Sequence record: PQ604604
Origin: Escherichia phage ECP_WGS_SA1
Reading direction: 5' to 3' (one strand)
DNA: 64,000 nt
The position numbers were made by a program, and so were the translations under genes. A model generated the notes under the pieces. That model searched no databases. It worked only from the letters and a program-made list of their open reading frames with translations, and was not told the DNA's origin. Positions 49,716 to 58,103 of this stretch are shown here, piece by piece (position 1 is the first letter of the stretch; each line of letters opens with the position of its first letter).

Positions 49716-50588
49716 CTATTTATTGAAATTAATATTGTGGGTGTTGACGAGACGTTCACACATGGCGCTGTAAACACCATCGTCGTGTATAGAGTCTTCG
49801 TGCTTCAGGCCGCTGATTGCAAAGCGTGTAAGCTTGACAATCTTAAGCTCGAACAGATGCCACATGTGGTAGTCTTCCGGCGTTTTCAACGTTACGCCAT
49901 TAGGGAAAAGCACCTGCATAACCTGGCCAACCATCACGGCATTATCGCCATAGACAGCGTTGCGCTCACGGAAGGTTGCTGCCATTGCATCAAGAATATC
50001 GGCGGCAGTTGCCGGAGATTGTTCAACTTCCACAGCCTTAGTCTCTTCTTGCCCCGTTGCGCTTGGATCAATTGCTAATTGTTGCACCACTTCACCTGCC
50101 TTGCAAAGATTAAACGTAAAAGCGATTTTATTTTGCGCAACGGAATTATAATACAAGGCTTCATCTTGCATCCGCGCGAGTACGTCTTGTCGGTCGTCGA
50201 ATACATTGATGATTCTATAATCGCCGTGCCGCAATGCGTGCGATAGCCATGCAGATTTCATAATAGTTGATGGACGTTTGTCGCCATAGTCTCTCATCTT
50301 GATTGTAAATTCATCAAAAGGAAAAACATTGTCCAGACGTTCAAAAGTCACTTGTCTGTATTTTTCTGGCCTTGCAGTCCAATATTCAACCGCCTCACCG
50401 CGAAGAGATGCCGACTCTACTGCTGATGCAATGTGAGGATAGAACTGATCATAACCAATACCGCTGTGATAGTCATCATAGTCTGACAACGGACCTGCCA
50501 CCTTGATGCGGTCTAAACGCCAACGGTCATCAAACAGCGTTCCGTCAAGGTCGAATACGTTTAAGATTTCGCTGTTTTTAATGCTCAT
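49716..50588 (-). CDS. HAD-superfamily phosphatase domain fused to an uncharacterised C-terminal domain
   Basis: HAD motif I FDLDGTLFDD at the N-terminus; C-terminal 140 aa unassigned. Confidence 0.5.
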   Translation of the reverse strand: MSIKNSEILNVFDLDGTLFDDRWRLDRIKVAGPLSDYDDYHSGIGYDQFYPHIASAVESASLRGEAVEYWTARPEKYRQVTFERLDNVFPFDEFTIKMRDYGDKRPSTIMKSAWLSHALRHGDYRIINVFDDRQDVLARMQDEALYYNSVAQNKIAFTFNLCKAGEVVQQLAIDPSATGQEETKAVEVEQSPATAADILDAMAATFRERNAVYGDNAVMVGQVMQVLFPNGVTLKTPEDYHMWHLFELKIVKLTRFAISGLKHEDSIHDDGVYSAMCERLVNTHNINFNK

Positions 50589-51388
50589 CCTTTTGATACT
50601 CCATCTTTAGCAACTGGATTGTTGGTGATTGGCATCGCATTCCAAAACTGGATGCGCAACTCTTCTTGCTGTGCCGTGGTATCCATCCAATCACGATACC
50701 ACGGGCAATGGGCTTTACCGTGACGAGGAAACGCGCACTTACCCATACCGATGCATTGCGGCTGCAGTAATGGATTCGCCCACGGGTGCACCTTGAGGAC
50801 TTCCGCAACCATTGCGCGGAACACTTCTTGATACTCTCCTTGTGTGCGCGTGCACAAGCGGTTGGAAGCCATCTGTTGCAGCGTGCGCAAGTTGAACTTT
50901 GCCATGATATGCGTTTGCATATTAGAAGGCAACACGGCACGTGCATCTTGAATCTCTGCGCCAGCCGCGCGAAGCTCTTGATACAAAGCATCGATAGTCG
51001 CCATCGCATCGTCCCANNNNNNNNNNNNNNNNNNNNNNNNNNNNNNNNNNNNNNNNNNNNNNNNNNNNNNNNNNNNNNNNNNNNNNNNNNNNNNNGGACG
51101 AATCGCATCAAACGCAGATGATTCCTGAGCGCGGCTTGTGCGTTCTTGATATGCGCCTGTGCGTGTGCGTACCATCTGATGCGTCATGTTCTTTGATACA
51201 TCTGTGATGTCAAATATATAGTCCACAAAGTCAAAAGGCGACTTGATTGTATCAAGCATGTAGCGCCAATGCTCTTGCTTCTCTGATTCCGTCATCTCAG
51301 AGACAGGCTTACCAGTCATGCGCGTGTTCTTTGTTTCCAGCAAAAGGTCAAGTGCATCTTGGGTGTATCGAATTAATTCAACTTTCAT
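50585..51388 (-). CDS. Flavin-dependent thymidylate synthase (ThyX)-like protein with a non-canonical signature; internal N-run
   Basis: Segments ARAVLPSN..T and C-terminal CPW align with ThyX; signature position reads RTR where RHR is expected. Confidence 0.55.
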   Translation of the reverse strand: MKVELIRYTQDALDLLLETKNTRMTGKPVSEMTESEKQEHWRYMLDTIKSPFDFVDYIFDITDVSKNMTHQMVRTRTGAYQERTSRAQESSAFDAIRXXXXXXXXXXXXXXXXXXXXXXXXXXXWDDAMATIDALYQELRAAGAEIQDARAVLPSNMQTHIMAKFNLRTLQQMASNRLCTRTQGEYQEVFRAMVAEVLKVHPWANPLLQPQCIGMGKCAFPRHGKAHCPWYRDWMDTTAQQEELRIQFWNAMPITNNPVAKDGVSKG

Positions 51389-51401
51389 TTTAATTATCCT
51401 A

Positions 51402-51848
51402 TTAACGGTAATTCACTAGTTGCTGATCACCAGAGAAGGTGCAATGATAAACGAATTGTGCGTTATAAAGCAACTGAAAACTTTTCTTTGGTTCATTATT
51501 AGAACTCATTGATGTAAAGATTTCTGCACCAGAACGGTTTTCACCAATCAGATTGATAAAGCCGCCAGTTGAACGAGGCTGGACGAAAGTGAAACGTTGC
51601 ACCCACGGAGTACGGTTGGCACCTTTCCCTGTGAATCCCTGAATCTGAATATTCAGACCTTCTTGCTCGTTAACACCGATGTAAGTGGTAATCTTTGCAC
51701 CAGTCGTTGCTGCGGTCTTACCGTCCATCGCTTCGCAATCGTAAACAGCGATTGAATCGGAAGTACGGATGGCAGCTTCAGTCGCTTCCATATACATGGT
51801 GCCGAGAATAGCAGTCGCGGCAAGAGCGATTCCAGTGATTCGTTTCAT
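51402..51848 (-). CDS. Secreted protein, 148 aa
   Basis: Signal-peptide-like N-terminus MKRITGIALAATAILG. Confidence 0.45.
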   Translation of the reverse strand: MKRITGIALAATAILGTMYMEATEAAIRTSDSIAVYDCEAMDGKTAATTGAKITTYIGVNEQEGLNIQIQGFTGKGANRTPWVQRFTFVQPRSTGGFINLIGENRSGAEIFTSMSSNNEPKKSFQLLYNAQFVYHCTFSGDQQLVNYR

Positions 51849-51913
51849 TTTCGTTTCCTCTATGAGTTCTGCTTCAATGATTAAAGTATACGCCCATTGA
51901 AGAAGAAAGCAAA

Positions 51914-52909
51914 TTATTTATTAGCAATATAAGCAAATTTTTGATAGTTATTTGCTTTGATGAGTTTTTCAACTTCAACAAGGTCATGAGCGACGTCATC
52001 AAGCAAAATGTTGCGCCAGGTAGCAAATCGACCGACACTGAACACGTTCAAATCCATAGTCAGCTGCAGGAGTAGGGCGTGTCGCAAGTCTTTCGGAATG
52101 TCGACAATCTTGCCATATTTCTGGTCGACCTTTTCAACTTCTTCAAGAGCGATGTCACTCCATGAAAGGCCAAATGCAGTCAACACTTCGTCGACTTCTG
52201 CGCGAAGCTTCATGTCACGGTAACGAGTGATGCCGCCGGCAGCTTCAACTGCAGCTTCACTTACGCTGACTAAAGGAATTGTTTCAATGATAAGCGTGTC
52301 ACCAGTAATTGATGCGCGGTAAGTTCTGACGGAGTAGTCAGGGAAGTAAATTGTCTGATACAAATCACACTTACGTTTAATCTTAAAGCGGTAAACGCGA
52401 ATGTTTGCTTTATCAAATGAGAAATCAAGCTTTTGATCAATCCCAGCCAGCTTCATCATGACTGGCAGCGGCGACGTATTGATGATTGGTGTCTCGCTAT
52501 AGCCACAAAGAGTATCAACCGGAGTATTAAAGAATATGCGGTCACCCAGTTTGTCGACAAGCTGATCATAAAAGTCATCAGGCGCAATATAACGCGTTGC
52601 AGCCTTAAGCTTCATGATTGAACGGCTACCAAACTGATTGGTGACCTTCATGGAATACATATTGGCAAGGTTAATTGGGCAATGGTCGTGGTAGTAGTTG
52701 CCGCGAAAATACACAGCCTTGTCAACTGTCACGGCCTTAAAGGGGATTCCGGTAATACGGCTTACTTCTTCGCCACGGAAGCGTAGCAACGCCTTGTGCT
52801 GTTGCACCCGTTCCCCTGCTTCGTACACAATAGAGTTCGGGAAGTGACACGCTGTGATAAGTCCTGCTAATCCGCCGCCGATAATCATTACAGGTTGTTT
52901 CATGTTCAT
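51914..52909 (-). CDS. FAD/NAD(P)-binding oxidoreductase
   Basis: N-terminal dinucleotide-binding motif VMIIGGGLAGL; AAAGGA RBS. Confidence 0.5.
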   Translation of the reverse strand: MNMKQPVMIIGGGLAGLITACHFPNSIVYEAGERVQQHKALLRFRGEEVSRITGIPFKAVTVDKAVYFRGNYYHDHCPINLANMYSMKVTNQFGSRSIMKLKAATRYIAPDDFYDQLVDKLGDRIFFNTPVDTLCGYSETPIINTSPLPVMMKLAGIDQKLDFSFDKANIRVYRFKIKRKCDLYQTIYFPDYSVRTYRASITGDTLIIETIPLVSVSEAAVEAAGGITRYRDMKLRAEVDEVLTAFGLSWSDIALEEVEKVDQKYGKIVDIPKDLRHALLLQLTMDLNVFSVGRFATWRNILLDDVAHDLVEVEKLIKANNYQKFAYIANK

Positions 52910-53042
52910 TTGTCCTTTGTGGGTGATATGAGAAGTATAATAGCTAAATTATTTTACAGCAACAAGTCATTTTATTTAGTACAGATGAAAAAAAGACCCA
53001 CAACAAGTGTGGGTCAATTACCGCTGCATAACCGTCCTAAGG

Positions 53043-53888
53043 TTATTCCGCTTGATCACCGTCTTCGGCATCTTCGTTGGATTCAACATCGACAAACTCG
53101 ATGTGACCCATCTCTTCCAGCTTGCTCAGGTAGGAGCGAACGGAAGCGCCAAACAGTTGATCTTTAACTTTTTCGCCCAGCTCATCGATAGACTGCGCCA
53201 CGCCAACTTCGCCTTCTTTGATCGCCGCCAGAACGCGTCCACGGGTGGAATGCTCTTGCGGCTGGCTCAGGCCATTGCCAGTGTAGATGAAGTGGGTTGC
53301 TTTTGCACGACGCTGACCGTTCGCCTTTTTAGCAGCCTTACGTTCTGCGATGGCTTTGCGACGTTCTTCAGCTTCTTTCTTACGCTGTTCTTTCTGCTTT
53401 TCTGCAGCTTCTTTAGCCGCAATCTTAGCAGCTTCACGCTCTGCCTTGCGTTTCGCTTTAGCTTCTTCTTTAGCCTTCTCTTTTTCGGCCTTCGCTGCAG
53501 CACGGGCCTGATCACGCTCTGCTTTCTTAGCAGCAGCTTGTTCAGCTTTCAGGCGCTTGGCTTCTTCTTTAGCCTTTGCCTTTTCGATTTCTTTTGCTGC
53601 TTTAGCGGCTTCACGCTCTGCTTTCTTAGCAGCGGCCTTTTCTGCACGCTCTTTAGCTTTCTTAGCTGCTTCTTCAGCACGCTTCTGAGCCTTCTCATCA
53701 GCAGCCTGCTTGCGTTTCAGCGCAGCTTCTTCACGCTTGGCTTGTTTTTCCTGCTCACGCTTCTGGCGTTTTTCTTCGGCTTCTTTCTTTTTAGCCAGAC
53801 GTTTTTCTTCAGCCACGCGACGACGTTCTGCTGCAGCTGCTTGTTTTTCTTCTTTAGATAATACTTTGATTGCTTCGGCCATGTTCAC
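53043..53888 (-). CDS. Highly charged K/E/A-rich protein (predicted long single alpha-helix) with a small C-terminal domain
   Basis: About 200 aa of alternating K/R and E with A; periodic AAGAAGC repeats in the DNA. Confidence 0.55.
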   Translation of the reverse strand: MNMAEAIKVLSKEEKQAAAAERRRVAEEKRLAKKKEAEEKRQKREQEKQAKREEAALKRKQAADEKAQKRAEEAAKKAKERAEKAAAKKAEREAAKAAKEIEKAKAKEEAKRLKAEQAAAKKAERDQARAAAKAEKEKAKEEAKAKRKAEREAAKIAAKEAAEKQKEQRKKEAEERRKAIAERKAAKKANGQRRAKATHFIYTGNGLSQPQEHSTRGRVLAAIKEGEVGVAQSIDELGEKVKDQLFGASVRSYLSKLEEMGHIEFVDVESNEDAEDGDQAE

Positions 53889-54041
53889 AGTCCTTAAATA
53901 AATTAGTTTATTTTATATTCCCCGTTTGGGATAACTTAATTATGCCTTCAGTCGCCGCCAGTAGCAACTAAAAACTCTGGCGGCAATGCCACTTTAATTA
54001 AACTGATTTTCAGTTTTATTTTTCGTAAATTTACGTCAACA

Positions 54042-55226
54042 TTAACGCGCTTTCAAATCACGGTACACGGTCAGATTCTTCTTAGCGCGGGTAATAGCGG
54101 TGTACATCATCTTGGCATACGGAACGCCGCGTAAGATTTCTTCCAGCACGCACACATTGTCCCACTCGCTGCCTTGCGATTTGTGCACCGTTATGACATA
54201 GCCATAGTCCATGCCTCCAACAGCGCGTTGGGCCTCTTTGCGCACTTCCTGATCAGTAGAGAAGGAAAGAGGATTTATCTTCACCTTTATATCTTTGCCA
54301 TCGGTAAGCGAGCGCAAATTGACATACATTATTTCATTGGATTCATCTTCATCCCTTTCAAAGTCCGGCACGGGCTCATAACTAATAACAATCCCTTGCT
54401 CGCCATTACAGAATCCTGGACCGTGTTGGTTGAATGTGCAAATAACTTTCTCGCCGATTCCTGGCATTGGCGTTATACGTCCGCTCACTTGCCGCAATAA
54501 TGAATTCCATTTATCTTTGGTGCTATTATATGAACAAATAATTTGATCATCTTCGCCCATAAATTTCTTCAGTGCGGTAACGCGCGGCGATTCAGCCAGA
54601 ACCTTTACGTCATCGTATTCACGCGGAGGAAGTCGGTTTCCCTGTCGAACGAAGAAGGAAGCGCGGATTATGTTGGACTCTTTCCCCTGCCGCATGATTT
54701 CGGTTAACAGCACGTCAACGGCATCTTCAGTAAAGTAGGCGGCGGCCTTTACCGGAGGAACTTGTCCAATGTCGCCTAATGCCAGCACAGGGATGCGGTG
54801 ATCAAGAAGGCGCTCTGTGTCCCACTCGCCGACCATTGAAGCTTCATCAAGAACTACAAGATGCGGTTTTTCGTCCAGCTTTGACTTTCTCGAAAATATT
54901 GGCTCATTGTCGTCATTTACGCCGCGCACATTATAGATGAACTGGTGAAGGGTCTTAGCGCCACGACATCCTTTTTGCTTCAATCGGCTGGCGGCCTTTC
55001 CGGTCGGCGCAATATAAATGGCGCCGTACTCACCGACACAACGGCGCACAATCTCACGCGCAATAGAGGTTTTACCTGTTCCTGCATAGCCAGCGATGAA
55101 AAACACGCGCTTCGTCGTTTTACCGTCCTGCAATCGCTTGTACCATGCAACGGCCTTTTCGATGGCGTCAATCTGTTGCGCGTTGAACTGAATCGCTGGC
55201 TCATTATTAAATTCTGGAATGTTCAT
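54042..55226 (-). CDS. Dda/RecD-like superfamily 1 DNA helicase
   Basis: Walker A GYAGTGKT; Walker B VVLDEASM; C-terminal YTAITRAK. Confidence 0.8.
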   Translation of the reverse strand: MNIPEFNNEPAIQFNAQQIDAIEKAVAWYKRLQDGKTTKRVFFIAGYAGTGKTSIAREIVRRCVGEYGAIYIAPTGKAASRLKQKGCRGAKTLHQFIYNVRGVNDDNEPIFSRKSKLDEKPHLVVLDEASMVGEWDTERLLDHRIPVLALGDIGQVPPVKAAAYFTEDAVDVLLTEIMRQGKESNIIRASFFVRQGNRLPPREYDDVKVLAESPRVTALKKFMGEDDQIICSYNSTKDKWNSLLRQVSGRITPMPGIGEKVICTFNQHGPGFCNGEQGIVISYEPVPDFERDEDESNEIMYVNLRSLTDGKDIKVKINPLSFSTDQEVRKEAQRAVGGMDYGYVITVHKSQGSEWDNVCVLEEILRGVPYAKMMYTAITRAKKNLTVYRDLKAR

Positions 55227-55552
55227 TATAACTCCACTACGCTTTCAAGGTCCAGATATACTGGAATAAAATGGCAATCTTCTTTTCGTTCAAACATCTC
55301 ACCGTCAACTTGGCTGAAGAAAACAGTCGTGTTTGGTATCTTCCACCCTTGCTCGTCGCGCACCAGGTACGCCATGGATTCAACAGGGATGTAAAGCGAT
55401 ACCGGATTTGCGGCAAAGATGAATTTGATTCTGTCTGGTTGACCCAGGAATCGCATAATTGTAAGACTTGAATTCAGCCTTGTATTAAGGAAGGACTCAA
55501 CGATGCCGACGTGTGTTGCACGTTCGCGTTGCTTCGTATCTTTTTCGTTCAT
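55226..55552 (-). CDS. Hypothetical protein, 108 aa
   Basis: ORF with stop/start overlap to the helicase. Confidence 0.4.
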   Translation of the reverse strand: MNEKDTKQRERATHVGIVESFLNTRLNSSLTIMRFLGQPDRIKFIFAANPVSLYIPVESMAYLVRDEQGWKIPNTTVFFSQVDGEMFERKEDCHFIPVYLDLESVVEL

Positions 55553-55655
55553 TTCAGGCGACCTTTGTTAGTGCGGAAATATTTTCTGATAGTATAATTG
55601 CAGATATAGTATAAAGCAAAGTAAATCGAAATTGTGAACTAAATGGTAAATATTG

Positions 55656-55683
55656 TTGACTTTGTATCACTCAATATTATACT
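55656..55683 (+). promoter_or_regulatory. Sigma70-like promoter TTGACT-16 nt-TATACT upstream of the primase gene
   Basis: Hexamers read directly, about 30 nt before the RBS/ATG at 55713. Confidence 0.45.
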
Positions 55684-55712
55684 GCAGGTATTGATCACCG
55701 AAGGAAAGAAAG

Positions 55713-56795
55713 ATGGCTAGTTTAAGAGAAGAAGCAAAAATAATCGAAGAGTTTTTGACGGAACTCCAAAGAGGCATTCCAGAAGATGAACGCGTCATGA
55801 CCGTGTTTGCGCCTGAAGCAACGGTGCAGACCGACGAGCGCGGCAAAAAGATTAACAGCAGCTTCTGGCCTAAGCCTTGGAAGCTTGGCAAGCCGCTGAT
55901 GCAACATCAGAACGGTTACGCCTGCATAAGTTCAATGCGTAAGTCTCCCAACCCAAAGACAGGCGAGATGCGATACTGGCGCACGGAATCGGCCTTTGGT
56001 CATGGCATGGCGATGATGGTCGACGACATCGGTCACGGTAAAGGGTCTAAAGGCGATTTAGATTTGGAGTTCTTTTTCGAGCGTCTGAAGCCAACCGTCA
56101 TCATTGAGACTTCGCCGAACAACCACCAGCTGTGGTATTTCTTTAAAGAACCAATTGACCATCTTATTCAGTTCAAAGCATTCCTTGGGTCTTTCGTAAA
56201 CATGGTACTCAAGAAGGGCGGCGACAATACGATTAAAGACGTGACGCGCGTGGGCCGTGTTCCTGGGTGCATCAATAACAAGCGTGTGACTCACGACGGC
56301 CCTTATAAATATGTCGATGAGAACGGCGACCCGTTCCGCTGCCGACTTGTCCATGCAGACTATTCTTTGCGCTACACAATCGAAGAGATTTGCCAAGCCT
56401 TCGGTTTCCACGTCGTTATGCCGCAAAAGCGTGAAATTCAAATCGACGTTGACGAATACAAATATGACGCTGTTTGGTATAAGATAGCCCAGCAAATCCT
56501 TGCGCGCAATAAGATGGGCGAAGGGTCCGACGGCGATGTTGTTGAAAATATGTCAGGTAAATGCCGCATCATCTGTCCTTGGGGTGAAGAGCACACCAAC
56601 GGCGACCCATACGGCGCTTATTTTCGCGGCCCCATCCCTGGCGCTGAACATGAATTCGTTTTCGGTTGCGCTCACGACTGTCACCGGAAAGGGGAAGGCA
56701 AGAAAGGATGGACCGCTTTTGTTGAAGCAGTAGTCATGCCTTATATTGAGAATCAACTTGATATGATAAATCGTCGCGCAGGTGGCATAAAATAG
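55713..56795 (+). CDS. Archaeo-eukaryotic-type primase-polymerase (PrimPol-like) with a C-terminal Cys/His cluster
   Basis: hhhDhD-type motif MMVDDIGH; sxH-type motif SPNNH; Cys/His cluster near the C-terminus. Confidence 0.5.
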   Translation: MASLREEAKIIEEFLTELQRGIPEDERVMTVFAPEATVQTDERGKKINSSFWPKPWKLGKPLMQHQNGYACISSMRKSPNPKTGEMRYWRTESAFGHGMAMMVDDIGHGKGSKGDLDLEFFFERLKPTVIIETSPNNHQLWYFFKEPIDHLIQFKAFLGSFVNMVLKKGGDNTIKDVTRVGRVPGCINNKRVTHDGPYKYVDENGDPFRCRLVHADYSLRYTIEEICQAFGFHVVMPQKREIQIDVDEYKYDAVWYKIAQQILARNKMGEGSDGDVVENMSGKCRIICPWGEEHTNGDPYGAYFRGPIPGAEHEFVFGCAHDCHRKGEGKKGWTAFVEAVVMPYIENQLDMINRRAGGIK

Positions 56796-56853
56796 TTTGC
56801 TTTTATTTTTCTAGCAACTATAATCATTTTATGAACTGAAGCAGAGGTGATTT

Positions 56854-57000
56854 ATGCAAAGCGAAGAATTGAACATCGAGCTTGAAGGTTTGTTAAATTC
56901 GTTAGAACCTAAGCCCGTAGAGCTTCCCACCCTTGAAGGTGTCATGGCTCACCACCAATCGGCTGCGGCCAAACACTACTCTGAATTTGTTAAGGGATAA
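56854..57000 (+). CDS. Possible small protein, 48 aa
   Basis: Short ORF with GAGGTG RBS. Confidence 0.3.
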   Translation: MQSEELNIELEGLLNSLEPKPVELPTLEGVMAHHQSAAAKHYSEFVKG

Positions 57001-57001
57001 A

Positions 57002-57292
57002 ATGAACGAACCAAAAATGATGACCACTGAAGAAGCACAAAAACTTCGCGTGGAGAACGAGCTTAAGCTTGTCAATGAAATTCTTCCTCTGTTTAAAGGC
57101 TATGCGGTTGAAGAAGTCGTTGGCGCAATCCTTAATGTGTCGACGCACGTAGCGATGAATCTGAATGCAGAGCGTTTCAATACTTTGCTGACGATCAACA
57201 AATTTACTGTCAGTGCAACATTCACCGTTGAGCCAGTAAATTTTGAAGAAGCTGCAGCCGCAATTCAACAACAGCGAGATCAAGAGGTGTAG
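57002..57292 (+). CDS. Hypothetical protein, 96 aa
   Basis: ORF. Confidence 0.4.
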   Translation: MNEPKMMTTEEAQKLRVENELKLVNEILPLFKGYAVEEVVGAILNVSTHVAMNLNAERFNTLLTINKFTVSATFTVEPVNFEEAAAAIQQQRDQEV

Positions 57293-57293
57293 C

Positions 57294-57557
57294 ATGGGCG
57301 CTTTCCGCAACGAGTTTATTTGGAACGTCACAAGCAGTCTTTCGACTTGTCCTAACTGTGCGAGCGATGTGATCAAGGTGCGGCAACATCGCAATGCAGA
57401 GGAAGGTGCCTGGGAGGACGGCGACCTTGTAGAGTGCCAGTGCTGCTCTCACGAAGGCGTGGTGGAGCTTTACGCAGGAGAAGGTTGTCCACCAGCAGAA
57501 CGTTCAGCACGCGTTGAATGGGATGCGACAGACTACATCGGTGATCCTCAACAGTAA
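57294..57557 (+). CDS. Small Cys-rich (zinc-ribbon-like) protein
   Basis: CPNC ... CQCC pairs; AGAGGTG RBS. Confidence 0.45.
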   Translation: MGAFRNEFIWNVTSSLSTCPNCASDVIKVRQHRNAEEGAWEDGDLVECQCCSHEGVVELYAGEGCPPAERSARVEWDATDYIGDPQQ

Positions 57558-57676
57558 ATTTAGGTATAGATACATATGAAAGCCGTAAAGAAATACACAT
57601 TAATCATTTCCCTTGTAATCATCCTGGGGCTATTATATGTATTGGATATGACATATTATTTGGCAGGGGTGAGTAA

Positions 57677-57967
57677 ATGAATATTGTAATTCTTTATGGT
57701 GAGAATATCAGCGATGACGACATCGAAGTTGCCGTTGATGTTTACGGTATCGATGAGGTGAAACGTGTTGAAGAAATTAATGGCTCAAATCTTAATGAGA
57801 TTGCCAAAGAAGCTGGTTGCCCTTCGGAAGAGATTCTGGTGGTTACTAACGATGACCTGTCTTCTATGGATTGTTTGCGCCGCATCTTCACCGATTGCCA
57901 ATACCTTCATTCTGTTCAGTCAGTAAACAAATTGAGAAAGGCATACGCTGACCAATTTCCTTGCTGA
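57677..57967 (+). CDS. Hypothetical protein, 96 aa
   Basis: ORF. Confidence 0.4.
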   Translation: MNIVILYGENISDDDIEVAVDVYGIDEVKRVEEINGSNLNEIAKEAGCPSEEILVVTNDDLSSMDCLRRIFTDCQYLHSVQSVNKLRKAYADQFPC

Positions 57968-58103
57968 TAGTTCACCAGTTATATTGCTTTAAACTGAGTT
58001 TTACTATATTAATATACAACGCCAGATTTCTGGCGTTTATTTACCGCACCCTGAAAGGATATATCCATGCAACAATATAACAAAGCCGTATCAGGAGGAT
58101 TAA

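Noticed and set aside
53007-53861. 284-aa plus-strand ORF rich in F, L, S and C
   Set aside because: It is the opposite-strand shadow of the K/E/A-rich gene: the low-complexity AAGAAGC-type repeats keep the antisense frame open. The minus-strand reading has a start context and a structured C-terminal domain.
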